The notes under the pieces are model-generated. The model saw nothing but the letters and a program-made list of their open reading frames with translations, made no database searches and was not told the DNA's origin. 64,000 nt of DNA from Spirochaetaceae bacterium (lineage in GTDB: Bacteria; Spirochaetota; Spirochaetia; DSM-27196; PWMO01). The translations under genes and the position numbers were made by a program. Below are positions 1-7,897 of this stretch, piece after piece (within the stretch, counting starts at the first letter, position 1; each line of letters opens with the position of its first letter). The stretch is from the NCBI GenBank assembly GCA_007693485.1, contig REDM01000280.1, forward strand, positions 22,489 through 86,488, read 5' to 3'.

Positions 1-302
1 TGTTTGTGCAGTTGCAACACCGGATGGGTCTGGCGGAACAGAGCGGCATGGCTGAGGTGGTGGCCCGACTCGATGACGAGGCGTCGGCGCGACTTCGGGC
101 GCTGTTTCGCAAACTCAAGGTATCGGTCATGCGCATTCAGAGCCTCACCGGTGGGATCGACGCTTACGTTGCCTCGACTACGGCGACCATGAGGGCCTTC
201 CTGGACGAAAGTTTTCCCGAGCGAAGGGGAACCATTTACGGGCGCGACGGCAGCGCGGATTCCCATAGCGGCCACGCGGTGGTGATCGACCGCCACCTGT
301 AG
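1..302 (+). CDS. C-terminal part of a small protein directly upstream of flgK, possibly an FlgN-like flagellar chaperone (5' end outside window)
   Basis: Frame 3 is open from the window edge to the stop at 300-302, 9 nt before flgK. The position matches flgN/yvyG in flgN-flgK-flgL-fliW-csrA operons. No diagnostic motif was seen. Confidence 0.3.
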   Translation, partial: FVQLQHRMGLAEQSGMAEVVARLDDEASARLRALFRKLKVSVMRIQSLTGGIDAYVASTTATMRAFLDESFPERRGTIYGRDGSADSHSGHAVVIDRHL

Positions 303-311
303 GAGTACGGC

Positions 312-2186
312 ATGCAATCGACCTTTTCCGGCATCGAGCTGGGCAAACGCAGTCTCTTTGCGCATCAGATCGCCCTGAATACCGCTGGGCACAACCTGAG
401 TAATGCGTCCACCGAAGGCTTCAGTCGACAGCGGGTGGAAATGCGCGCGTTTCACGCCATCGATCGCCCTCAGCTCAATCGAGCCGAGCGCCCGGGCCAG
501 ATTGGCCAGGGAGTTGAGGTTGCGCGGATTGAACGCGTGCGCGACCGTCTGTTGGAAGGTCGAATTATCGCGCAGTCGCACTCCGAAGGCTACTGGCAGA
601 TGCGCGACAAGTACCTGATGATGCTCGAACAGGTGTACAACGAACCAACCGATCTCTCCGTGCGCAATCTCATGGATCAGTTCTGGGACTCGTGGCAGGA
701 GCTTTCGATCTTCCCCGATCAGATGGCCGCGCGTCGGTCGGTTGCCGAGCGCGGTGAAGCGCTGATGGAGGGCGTGCAGCTGCGATACCACAGCCTCGAC
801 CGCATACGCACCATGCTCAATGACGAGGTAGTTGCGGCAGTCGGGCAGGTGAACGAGATCATCCGTGAGATCGCTGAGCTCAACAATGAAATCGTGAAGG
901 TGGAGGCTGTTGGCGATCAACCCAACGATCTCTACGACCGTCGTGATCTGCTGGTAAACCGTCTATCGGGCATTGTGAACATCACCATCGACGACCGCAA
1001 CCCCGTAGAGTTCAGCATCTACACCAGCGGGTATCATATTGTGCAGGGGAGGATCGCACGGCCGTTCGAAGCGGTTCCCTCACCCGAGAACGACGGCTAC
1101 TCCAACGTTGTCTGGTCGCATTCGCAGGAGATCGCCGATTTTCGCGGTGGCTCGCTGGCGTCGGCGCTGGAAATGCGCGACGTCGACGTGCGTCGGGAGA
1201 TTCAGAAACTCGACAACATGGCGATCAACTTTGTCGATCTGGTCAACGAGGTGCACCGCGACGGATACGGGTTGACCGGCGAGACCGGTCTCGATTTCTT
1301 TGTTGAGCGCCCCGCGGTGCTGAACGCCCTCGGTAACTATGATCGCTCCGGCGACGGCGTATTTGACTCAACCTTTGTTTTCCGGCTGACCGGCGCCAAC
1401 GAACTCCAGGCTCAGGCGCAGATTGGTCTTTCCGGTACGCTGTCGCTGTCGGGGCCAAACGGCAATGTCACCGTAAACTACTCTCCAACGGACACCGTCC
1501 ACGACCTCATCGCTCGGATCAATAACTCGGGTTCGGAGGTGGTTGCGCGACTCAATCGCGAAGGATTTCTCTCGCTCAAGGCCACCCCCGCAGCGACAAT
1601 GGAGAATCCCGACTTCGTCATTCGCCACGTGGAAGACTCCGGTCAGTTTCTGGTGGGGTATGCTGGTGTTCTCACTGCGTCGGGAGCCGCCGGCGCCTAT
1701 ACCTGGGACCAGGCCAACGCGGTCGATCTGCTGAGGGAGGACGCCCGCTTTTCCGTGGCGCCGCTGCAGAACCCATCAGCGTGGATGACGCTCAACAGCG
1801 CGATCGTGAACGAGCCCGCGCGAATTGCGGCTGGATTTGGTATCGCCGGCTCACCGGCGGCCATTGGAGACGGAAACGCCGCGCTGGAGATTGCGGGGCT
1901 TCGAAACCGTCCGGTGATGGTGGGCCAGGTATCGACGTTTGATGACTACTTTGCCGATTCCGTGGCGGAAATTGGCCTCAAGGGTGAACAGGCAGAACTG
2001 GCGCTTATGACCCAGACAACGATCATGAGAGACCTGCGCGATCGGCGCGAAGCGATCAGCGGAGTGAATATCGACGAAGAATTGGCGCAGATGATCAAGT
2101 TTCAGCACGGGTACAACGCAGCCGCACGGTTTATCACCATGGTGGACCGTATGCTGGATACCATCATAAACCGCCTGGGAGTCTAA
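312..2186 (+). CDS. flgK: Flagellar hook-associated protein 1 FlgK
   Basis: 624-aa ORF. The N-terminus MQSTFSGIELGKRSLFAHQIALNTAGHNLSNASTEGFSRQRVE and the C-terminal VNIDEELAQMIKFQHGYNAAARFIT are the conserved terminal segments of FlgK. flgL starts 1 nt after its stop. Confidence 0.95.
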   Translation: MQSTFSGIELGKRSLFAHQIALNTAGHNLSNASTEGFSRQRVEMRAFHAIDRPQLNRAERPGQIGQGVEVARIERVRDRLLEGRIIAQSHSEGYWQMRDKYLMMLEQVYNEPTDLSVRNLMDQFWDSWQELSIFPDQMAARRSVAERGEALMEGVQLRYHSLDRIRTMLNDEVVAAVGQVNEIIREIAELNNEIVKVEAVGDQPNDLYDRRDLLVNRLSGIVNITIDDRNPVEFSIYTSGYHIVQGRIARPFEAVPSPENDGYSNVVWSHSQEIADFRGGSLASALEMRDVDVRREIQKLDNMAINFVDLVNEVHRDGYGLTGETGLDFFVERPAVLNALGNYDRSGDGVFDSTFVFRLTGANELQAQAQIGLSGTLSLSGPNGNVTVNYSPTDTVHDLIARINNSGSEVVARLNREGFLSLKATPAATMENPDFVIRHVEDSGQFLVGYAGVLTASGAAGAYTWDQANAVDLLREDARFSVAPLQNPSAWMTLNSAIVNEPARIAAGFGIAGSPAAIGDGNAALEIAGLRNRPVMVGQVSTFDDYFADSVAEIGLKGEQAELALMTQTTIMRDLRDRREAISGVNIDEELAQMIKFQHGYNAAARFITMVDRMLDTIINRLGV

Positions 2187-2187
2187 G

Positions 2188-3435
2188 ATGTTTCGAATCA
2201 GCACGAATTTGCCAAACGATAACATGCAGTTTCACACGCGGCGGCGGGAACATATGATGAATCAGGCTCAGAATCAGATGGCGTCGCAGTCGCGAATTCT
2301 GAACCTTCGAGACGCCCCTCTTTCAGCGGCGCACTCCACGCGCTACCAGAGCTACCTGGCGCGGCTCAACCGGTTCTCAGACAACATTCGGTTTGCACAG
2401 AACAACTACCGGGTTGCGGAAGGGTATATGAAACAAGGTGTAGACATGCTTCAGCGCGTTCGGGAACTTGCGGTCCAGGGTGCGACCGGTACCTATTCGC
2501 GCGACGATCTTCGGCACATGGCAAACGAGATCGACGAACTGCTTCGCGAATTTGTCGAGGTTGCCAACGGCCGCAACGCAGATGGAACGATGCTCTTTTC
2601 GGGAAAGAAAAGCGATACCATTCCATTTCGGGTGATCGAAGGAAACGTGCCCGGAGCCGCAGGCTCCGTCATCACCCGCGTCGACTACGTGGGTGATATT
2701 GGCGAGCGGCAGACCGAAATTGCCGAAAACAGCTACATTGAGCTCAACTTCGCGGGGAACCGTGTATTCTGGGCGGAGAATCAGCAGATATTCTCCACCG
2801 TTGACTCCGAAGGGTATGCGGTTCAGGAAAACGGCAGAATCTTTATCAATAACACCCCGGTCGACCTCACGGTTGGCGACAATGTGTTTTCGATTATCAG
2901 TAAGATCAACGACTCGGGTGCCACGGTTCGCGCGCGCCTCGACCCGGTGCAGAACTCGCTGATTCTGGAGAGCACCACGCCGTCACAGCTCTGGCTGCAG
3001 GACGGTCCCGGTAGCACAGTGCTTCAGGACCTGGGAATCCTTTCCTCCGGCGAAGCTCCGCCTCCGGGAAATATCGCCGCAACCGCGAACGTGTTTGGCG
3101 GATCGGTGTTTGACGCAATGATAGCGTTGAGAGACTCGATGCTCTCGGGCGATCAGCTCGATATCGGTGGTGGAGCACTTCGGGGTATTGATGCCGCACT
3201 CGACAACGTTCTTTCAAACCTTGGGCGTCTTGGTGCCAAAGACGCCCGACTTGAGCACGCCTTTCTGCGCACCGAGTTTGAGATTCCGCGAATCGGCGCA
3301 CTCAATTCAAACGAAGTCGACATAGACATGACCGAGGCGATTACGAACCTTCGCATGCTGGAGTTTACGCACCGTGCGGCGCTCGCCACCGCGGCTCGCG
3401 TGATCCAGCCGACTCTGCTTGATTTTCTGAGGTGA
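2188..3435 (+). CDS. flgL: Flagellar hook-associated protein 3 FlgL
   Basis: 415-aa ORF abutting flgK. Flagellin-family C-terminus (EAITNLRMLEFTHRAALATAARVIQPTLLDFL). Gene order is flgK-flgL-fliW. Confidence 0.88.
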   Translation: MFRISTNLPNDNMQFHTRRREHMMNQAQNQMASQSRILNLRDAPLSAAHSTRYQSYLARLNRFSDNIRFAQNNYRVAEGYMKQGVDMLQRVRELAVQGATGTYSRDDLRHMANEIDELLREFVEVANGRNADGTMLFSGKKSDTIPFRVIEGNVPGAAGSVITRVDYVGDIGERQTEIAENSYIELNFAGNRVFWAENQQIFSTVDSEGYAVQENGRIFINNTPVDLTVGDNVFSIISKINDSGATVRARLDPVQNSLILESTTPSQLWLQDGPGSTVLQDLGILSSGEAPPPGNIAATANVFGGSVFDAMIALRDSMLSGDQLDIGGGALRGIDAALDNVLSNLGRLGAKDARLEHAFLRTEFEIPRIGALNSNEVDIDMTEAITNLRMLEFTHRAALATAARVIQPTLLDFLR

Positions 3436-3872
3436 TCATGACAATTGATACCAAGGCGTACGGTTTGATCGAAGTTGCTGAAGAGCAGCGGATCCGCTTT
3501 CCATCCGGTCTCTACGGCTTCGATTCACACACCGACTTCGTTCTGATGGATTCACCGCAGCCACCGCTCTACTGGCTGCAGAGCGAACACGATGTCTCTG
3601 TTGCGTTCATTCTCATCAACCCCTACATCGTTCGTCCCGACTACGTTCTGGATATTCCGGCCGAAGATCTGGATGAATTGGGGAACCCGAGCGAGGAAGA
3701 CATTCTGGCGTTTGCCATCATTACCATTCCAGCCACCGGCGAGATCACCGCCAACCTGCAGGGGCCCCTGGTGTTGAATCGGGCTCGTCGCGTGGGGAAA
3801 CAGTCCATATCGCTGGATGCACGGTGGAAAACCAAACACTCGATTGCCAACGAAATGGCGAGGAACCGCTGA
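3432..3872 (+). CDS. fliW: Flagellar assembly factor FliW (CsrA antagonist)
   Basis: 146 aa with FPSGLYGFDSHTDFVLMD, YWLQS and FILINPY segments typical of FliW. Its stop overlaps the csrA ATG (TGATG). The start could be GTG 3432 or ATG 3438. Confidence 0.9.
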   Translation: MIMTIDTKAYGLIEVAEEQRIRFPSGLYGFDSHTDFVLMDSPQPPLYWLQSEHDVSVAFILINPYIVRPDYVLDIPAEDLDELGNPSEEDILAFAIITIPATGEITANLQGPLVLNRARRVGKQSISLDARWKTKHSIANEMARNR

Positions 3873-4177
3873 TGTTGATCCTTGCAAGAAAAGTCGATGA
3901 ACGGATCATCATTGGCGGCGAGATCGAGATTTCGGTAGTCGATATCCGCGGTGATCAAGTGAAACTGGGAATCAACGCGCCCAGCCACGTGAAGGTGTAC
4001 CGCCAGGAAGTCTACGAAGCGATTCTCGCAGAGAACCGACAGGCTGTCTCGGCACGAAACATCCCGGCGGAACTGGGCGACCTCTTCAAACCGGGGCAAT
4101 CGCCACGCGCTGGGGGGAACTCCGGGGAGAGTGAAGGCGCACACCACGAAAATCCCGCGAAACCTCCAAAAGGTTGA
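3872..4177 (+). CDS. csrA: Carbon storage regulator CsrA, with a ~40-aa C-terminal tail
   Basis: MLILARKVDERIIIGGEIEISVVDIRGDQVKLGINAPSHVKVYRQEVY is the CsrA core. ATG 3872 was chosen inside the longer 3824 ORF because it overlaps the fliW stop. Confidence 0.92.
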   Translation: MLILARKVDERIIIGGEIEISVVDIRGDQVKLGINAPSHVKVYRQEVYEAILAENRQAVSARNIPAELGDLFKPGQSPRAGGNSGESEGAHHENPAKPPKG

Positions 4178-4192
4178 GAGATTCTGGTGGGT

Positions 4193-4218
4193 GTGTTCCC
4201 AAGGCTGTGCATTTTTCC
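4193..4218 (+). terminator. Terminator-like motif GTGTTCCCAAGGCTGTGCATTTTTCC, 16 nt after the csrA stop (copy 1 of a repeated motif)
   Basis: Ends in a T5 run immediately 3' of csrA. 24/27 identical to 31597-31622 and related to 52642-52667 (- strand) and 34653-34692. The stem is weak and GU-rich. Confidence 0.35.
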
Positions 4219-4224
4219 GCTCGA

Positions 4225-5037
4225 TTACAGCACATCAGGACTGCGCTGAGCATCCGTTCGCGCCCATTCGGGTACCGAACGTGGCCGAGGGGCGGTGACC
4301 CCAATCTCGGCGTCGCTGTCGCGCACGTAGACGGGTCCTTCGTCATCTGAAAGCCGGTAGCGTGCGGGATCCGCCGAAACAAGCTCGGCTACGGCCTCCG
4401 CTACCGAACCCCGGGCGTGAGCATCAACGATACACGTTGGTATGGTGGTTCCTTTGGCGGGAGAAACGGCTGACTGCGAGACGGGTGGTTGCGCTGGTTG
4501 GTGTGCCGCCGACCAGTGAAGCTGCAGTGCCGGCAACAGCATATTGGCAGCCGGTCCGGTAAGCAGAACGGGCAACTCACCGCAGTGGCGCTCGATAAAC
4601 AGTGCAAGCGTGGCCGGTGCTGCATCCATGTCCGGGGTAAGCCGCGCACCGGCGGCAAAAAGCGCGGCGTAGAATCGCTTCTTTCGGGCGTCAATGGCAG
4701 CCACGATCAATCCGGGCCAGCAGCGCGCGGAATGAGCGATAGCCTCGAGGCTCGGTACCGCCGCCATTGGTAGGTCGGTCGCGGCGGTCAGCCCCTTGGT
4801 GGTCGCCATTGCAATCCGCAATCCGGTGAACGATCCGGGTCCCCTCGTGCAGGCAACCAGATTAACCTCCGACAGATCCACCGCGGCAGACGAAAGAACC
4901 GACTCAATGGCAGGAATCAGCCGGGCGCCGTGGGTGAGACCTGCATCCATCCTGAGAACGACTCGAATCGGTGGATCATTGTGCAGCAGGCACACCGACA
5001 TCAGTTCTGATGCGCAATCAATCGCCAGTACGTTCAC
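4225..5037 (-). CDS. tsaB: tRNA t6A37 biosynthesis protein TsaB (YeaZ)
   Basis: VLAIDCAS and ACTRGPGSFTGLRIAMATTKGL motifs. GTG 5037 is preferred over ATG 5073 because GGAGGAG lies 8 nt upstream and it forms a GTGA overlap with the tsaE stop; ATG 5073 has no SD. Confidence 0.85.
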   Translation of the reverse strand: MNVLAIDCASELMSVCLLHNDPPIRVVLRMDAGLTHGARLIPAIESVLSSAAVDLSEVNLVACTRGPGSFTGLRIAMATTKGLTAATDLPMAAVPSLEAIAHSARCWPGLIVAAIDARKKRFYAALFAAGARLTPDMDAAPATLALFIERHCGELPVLLTGPAANMLLPALQLHWSAAHQPAQPPVSQSAVSPAKGTTIPTCIVDAHARGSVAEAVAELVSADPARYRLSDDEGPVYVRDSDAEIGVTAPRPRSVPEWARTDAQRSPDVL

Positions 5038-5504
5038 TGGTCGAGCTCCTCCATCGGTTGGTTGTTGGTCCACGCGATGTCGATGACGCGCGAACCATCC
5101 GGATCGATGGACAGGTCAATACGAACCGTTTCCACCGGTTCCAGCAAATCGGGGGCGCGATCCGCCCATTCTACCACCGTGATGGTTGATCGGTCGGACA
5201 AGAGATCTTCGATTCCCGTTTCAATCGCATCATCGGTTCCGTGGAGGCGGTAAAGGTCTGCATGAACAAAACGGCCGAAGGAGGCGGGATATTCAACCAG
5301 GATGGGAAACGTGGCGCTGGTAACCGGGTCATCGATCCCGAGCGCCGTCGCGATTCCCTGGGATAATACCGTTTTGCCGCTCCCCACGGGACCGTACAAC
5401 GTCACGACGTCTCCGGGATGCAGCTTCGCCGCGATCCGGCGGGAACCAATATCGCGGGTATCCTCGGGAGAGCGTGAGATGAAGCGATGCGCGTCCGAGG
5501 TAAT
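5034..5504 (-). CDS. tsaE: tRNA t6A37 ATPase TsaE (YjeE); start probably non-canonical
   Basis: P-loop YGPVGSGKT and VEWADR motifs. The first canonical start (GTG 5405) removes 33 in-frame residues (ITSDAHRFISRSPEDTRDIGSRRIAAKLHPGDV) that look like the conserved TsaE N-terminus. ATT 5504-5502 or CTG 5507-5505 overlaps the upstream stop. Confidence 0.8.
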   Translation of the reverse strand: MTSDAHRFISRSPEDTRDIGSRRIAAKLHPGDVVTLYGPVGSGKTVLSQGIATALGIDDPVTSATFPILVEYPASFGRFVHADLYRLHGTDDAIETGIEDLLSDRSTITVVEWADRAPDLLEPVETVRIDLSIDPDGSRVIDIAWTNNQPMEELDQ

Positions 5505-5758
5505 CAGGGCAGTCTTCCTTGCCGTTCTCGATTCTGAATCTCTTCTTTCAGTGAACGCAGAACCGGAAGCAGAGGATACCCGAGCTCCCCATCGACGTCT
5601 ACCGAGACATCGCTTCCGGTGGCTGACTGCTCGATGGTAAACCGAATTGGGACCGTTTCAGAAGAAACGTGTTCGATTTCTGCGATAGCGGTATACTGGC
5701 GCCGGTAGAGAATCAGTGAGTCACGGCGCTCAATGGTGTGAATGTCGACGATGCGCAC
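5504..5758 (-). CDS. Hypothetical 84-aa protein
   Basis: GTG start with GGAGG 10 nt upstream. Lies between the PilZ gene and tsaE, and its stop overlaps the probable tsaE start. No recognisable motif. Confidence 0.5.
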   Translation of the reverse strand: MRIVDIHTIERRDSLILYRRQYTAIAEIEHVSSETVPIRFTIEQSATGSDVSVDVDGELGYPLLPVLRSLKEEIQNRERQGRLP

Positions 5759-5786
5759 GCGGTGAAGCCTCCGTCACGGTCAGCGG

Positions 5787-6890
5787 TTACGACAGATCGG
5801 AATCAACCCCGTAGACGAAGGATTGGATCCGGTTGAGATTGCTGCGTGAAACCTTGGTGAACATAATGTGCATGATGCCGAATCGGCCCGGAGCGCGGTC
5901 GGTGGTCTGTACCTTTCCAAACACCGCCAGCCGGCTCTTGTCTTCGGTCTCGAACTCAATTTTTAGCAGCGTACCGGGTGCAAGCGGCGAGGACGAACGC
6001 AGACAGCACCCACCCGCGGAAAGATCCTCAAGTCGCCCAAATCCGCGACGGTACTTATTCACCACCGCCTGCTTTTTTGCCTTTTTGCCCACGCCAAGCG
6101 TCATGACATCGACCGGCCAGAAGAACGCCGGGTGGTCAAACTCTTTGCGCGGATAGCGTCGTTTCTGGCTCTGATCCACACGGTCTGAATGCGCCAGCAG
6201 CATGCTTGAACCGTTTCGTGAACGGGTGATGCCGGCAACCTTGGTCGACAGACGAAAGAGCTTTGCGTCACCATTTCCGCTGAACGTGACGTGCACCTCG
6301 GTTCCGCGATGCAGGAGTATGTCCTGGCCGCGTCCGTCATAGGGTACCTGAATGCCAAAGGTGGACTTGGTATTTGAGGTTACGTTTGTTTCGTACCAGG
6401 TGGTACCGTCGGTGCTGATCTTGATCGGTCGTCCGATCCGTAACCCCGCGGTGGAGGAAACGGTACTACTGCGCGACTGTGCGATGGCAACGGTGCGCTT
6501 AATCTGAAAGACCAGGGCTTTGCGGTTTTCTTTTTCTTCGGTGGGAATTGGGGAACTGTCAATTCGCTTGACCATCCGACGAACCGCAGAGGTTAAAAAC
6601 TCCCCGTCGGTCAGCAATCGCAGTGGTTGTTGTATTCGAAGCTCAGATACCATTTGATTGAGCATCTGCACATGATGAGCTGCCAATCCCATTCGCCGCG
6701 CGGTCCGACGAAGGCCACGTCGACCTGACCGGGGGCCACCGCCTGAGCGGCCGCGACTTGAGTAGGCGGATGCCGCGACGATGGCAATAATCAGTACCAG
6801 AAAAATGATCAGCGCAACGCGATTGGCGGCTGAGTCGGGGGCGGAGAAGACGGTGAATCCGGGAGTCTGAAGTATAGGGGCGTGCACCAC
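5787..6890 (-). CDS. Membrane-anchored PilZ-domain protein (putative c-di-GMP receptor)
   Basis: 367 aa with an N-terminal TM helix (VALIIFLVLIIAIVAASAY) and an Arg/Gly-rich linker. The C-terminal PilZ signatures are QKRRYPRKEF (RxxxR) and EDLSAGGCCL (DxSxxG). Confidence 0.8.
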   Translation of the reverse strand: MVHAPILQTPGFTVFSAPDSAANRVALIIFLVLIIAIVAASAYSSRGRSGGGPRSGRRGLRRTARRMGLAAHHVQMLNQMVSELRIQQPLRLLTDGEFLTSAVRRMVKRIDSSPIPTEEKENRKALVFQIKRTVAIAQSRSSTVSSTAGLRIGRPIKISTDGTTWYETNVTSNTKSTFGIQVPYDGRGQDILLHRGTEVHVTFSGNGDAKLFRLSTKVAGITRSRNGSSMLLAHSDRVDQSQKRRYPRKEFDHPAFFWPVDVMTLGVGKKAKKQAVVNKYRRGFGRLEDLSAGGCCLRSSSPLAPGTLLKIEFETEDKSRLAVFGKVQTTDRAPGRFGIMHIMFTKVSRSNLNRIQSFVYGVDSDLS

Positions 6891-6897
6891 CTTCCTC

Positions 6898-7800
6898 CTA
6901 CGCGCCGTTGTCTGCGGGAAGAACGGCGATCAGCTCTTCGATGCGCGGGACAATCTCGTATTCCAGCAGGTCACCAATCAACACCGAGTCTTGAGCACCA
7001 AACGCATCAACCAGTTCGTGCAGGCGCTCGTTGAGATCGGCGGTGAGGGCCGGCAAACGCTCTCCATCGAGGAACCGTTCGCGAAAACCCTCGTTTACAC
7101 GCGCCAGATGGGGCAGGGTGCGAAACAGTTTCTCGGTCAGTTCCGTAAATCGGACCACCAGGGACATCGCGTCGGTGTCTTTTCCGGTTTGCAACAGAAT
7201 GGAGACTTCCTGCACCTGGGGAATCAACGACGTAACGAGACCGGCCACGGCTGCGACAACCCGCTCGGGCGTCTGGATCTCAGCAATTCGCTGCTCAATC
7301 AGCGGAATCAGCTGATCCATTTCGGTCAGAAGCGCGTTGCGGCCGGTTGGGGGATCGGCCATCAGTTTGGGATCACCGGTCACCGAAAACAGGTTGGTAA
7401 ACGCGCCGTCGGGAAGATCGGTAAAAATCAGACCAACGTGTTCCTCAAGGTGACGGGCCAGATCGCTCTGGTCTTGGGCGAGTTGGGCCACCGTAGGGCT
7501 TTCGTTCGAAACCAGAGCTTCGCGCCACGCATGAATGAAACCGCCAACCAGGTGAAGGTGGGTCAACACGAGTTCCCACTGTGGTTGCGTGATGAGCCGA
7601 ATCTCCTGTACGCCCGAAATGGAGCGAGACCCCCATTCAGAGAGGGCGTCGAGTTCGAGTTCATCGTTGTCCACCGAGAGAGCGGTCAGAATCATTCCGT
7701 TTGCGCTCAGAAACTCGTTTACGCCGGCAAGCACCTCGGAAAGAGTTTTTTCCTGTTCGAGGGTGACGTCCAGGGGATGATCGTCTATCAGAACCCGCAC
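6898..7800 (-). CDS. Hypothetical acidic, helix-rich 300-aa protein downstream of fliD
   Basis: GTG start with GGAGGAA upstream. Same strand as fliD, 97 nt after it. No recognisable domain and it is not FliS-like by eye. Confidence 0.6.
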   Translation of the reverse strand: MRVLIDDHPLDVTLEQEKTLSEVLAGVNEFLSANGMILTALSVDNDELELDALSEWGSRSISGVQEIRLITQPQWELVLTHLHLVGGFIHAWREALVSNESPTVAQLAQDQSDLARHLEEHVGLIFTDLPDGAFTNLFSVTGDPKLMADPPTGRNALLTEMDQLIPLIEQRIAEIQTPERVVAAVAGLVTSLIPQVQEVSILLQTGKDTDAMSLVVRFTELTEKLFRTLPHLARVNEGFRERFLDGERLPALTADLNERLHELVDAFGAQDSVLIGDLLEYEIVPRIEELIAVLPADNGA

Positions 7801-7897
7801 TCGCTGTTCCTCCTACCGGGTATACGTATAGTATCGGCGGTCGGCCGGGCGAGGCAAACAAAAAGGGTCAAACCGCGCAGCAGTCGATACCGATTGT

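Noticed and set aside
7832-7838. GCCGATA (- strand), resembling a sigma28 -10 box, between fliD and the 300-aa gene
   Set aside because: No TAAA-type -35 sits at the required ~15-nt spacing (TTGC instead). A single heptamer match is weak evidence, so it is not reported as a promoter.
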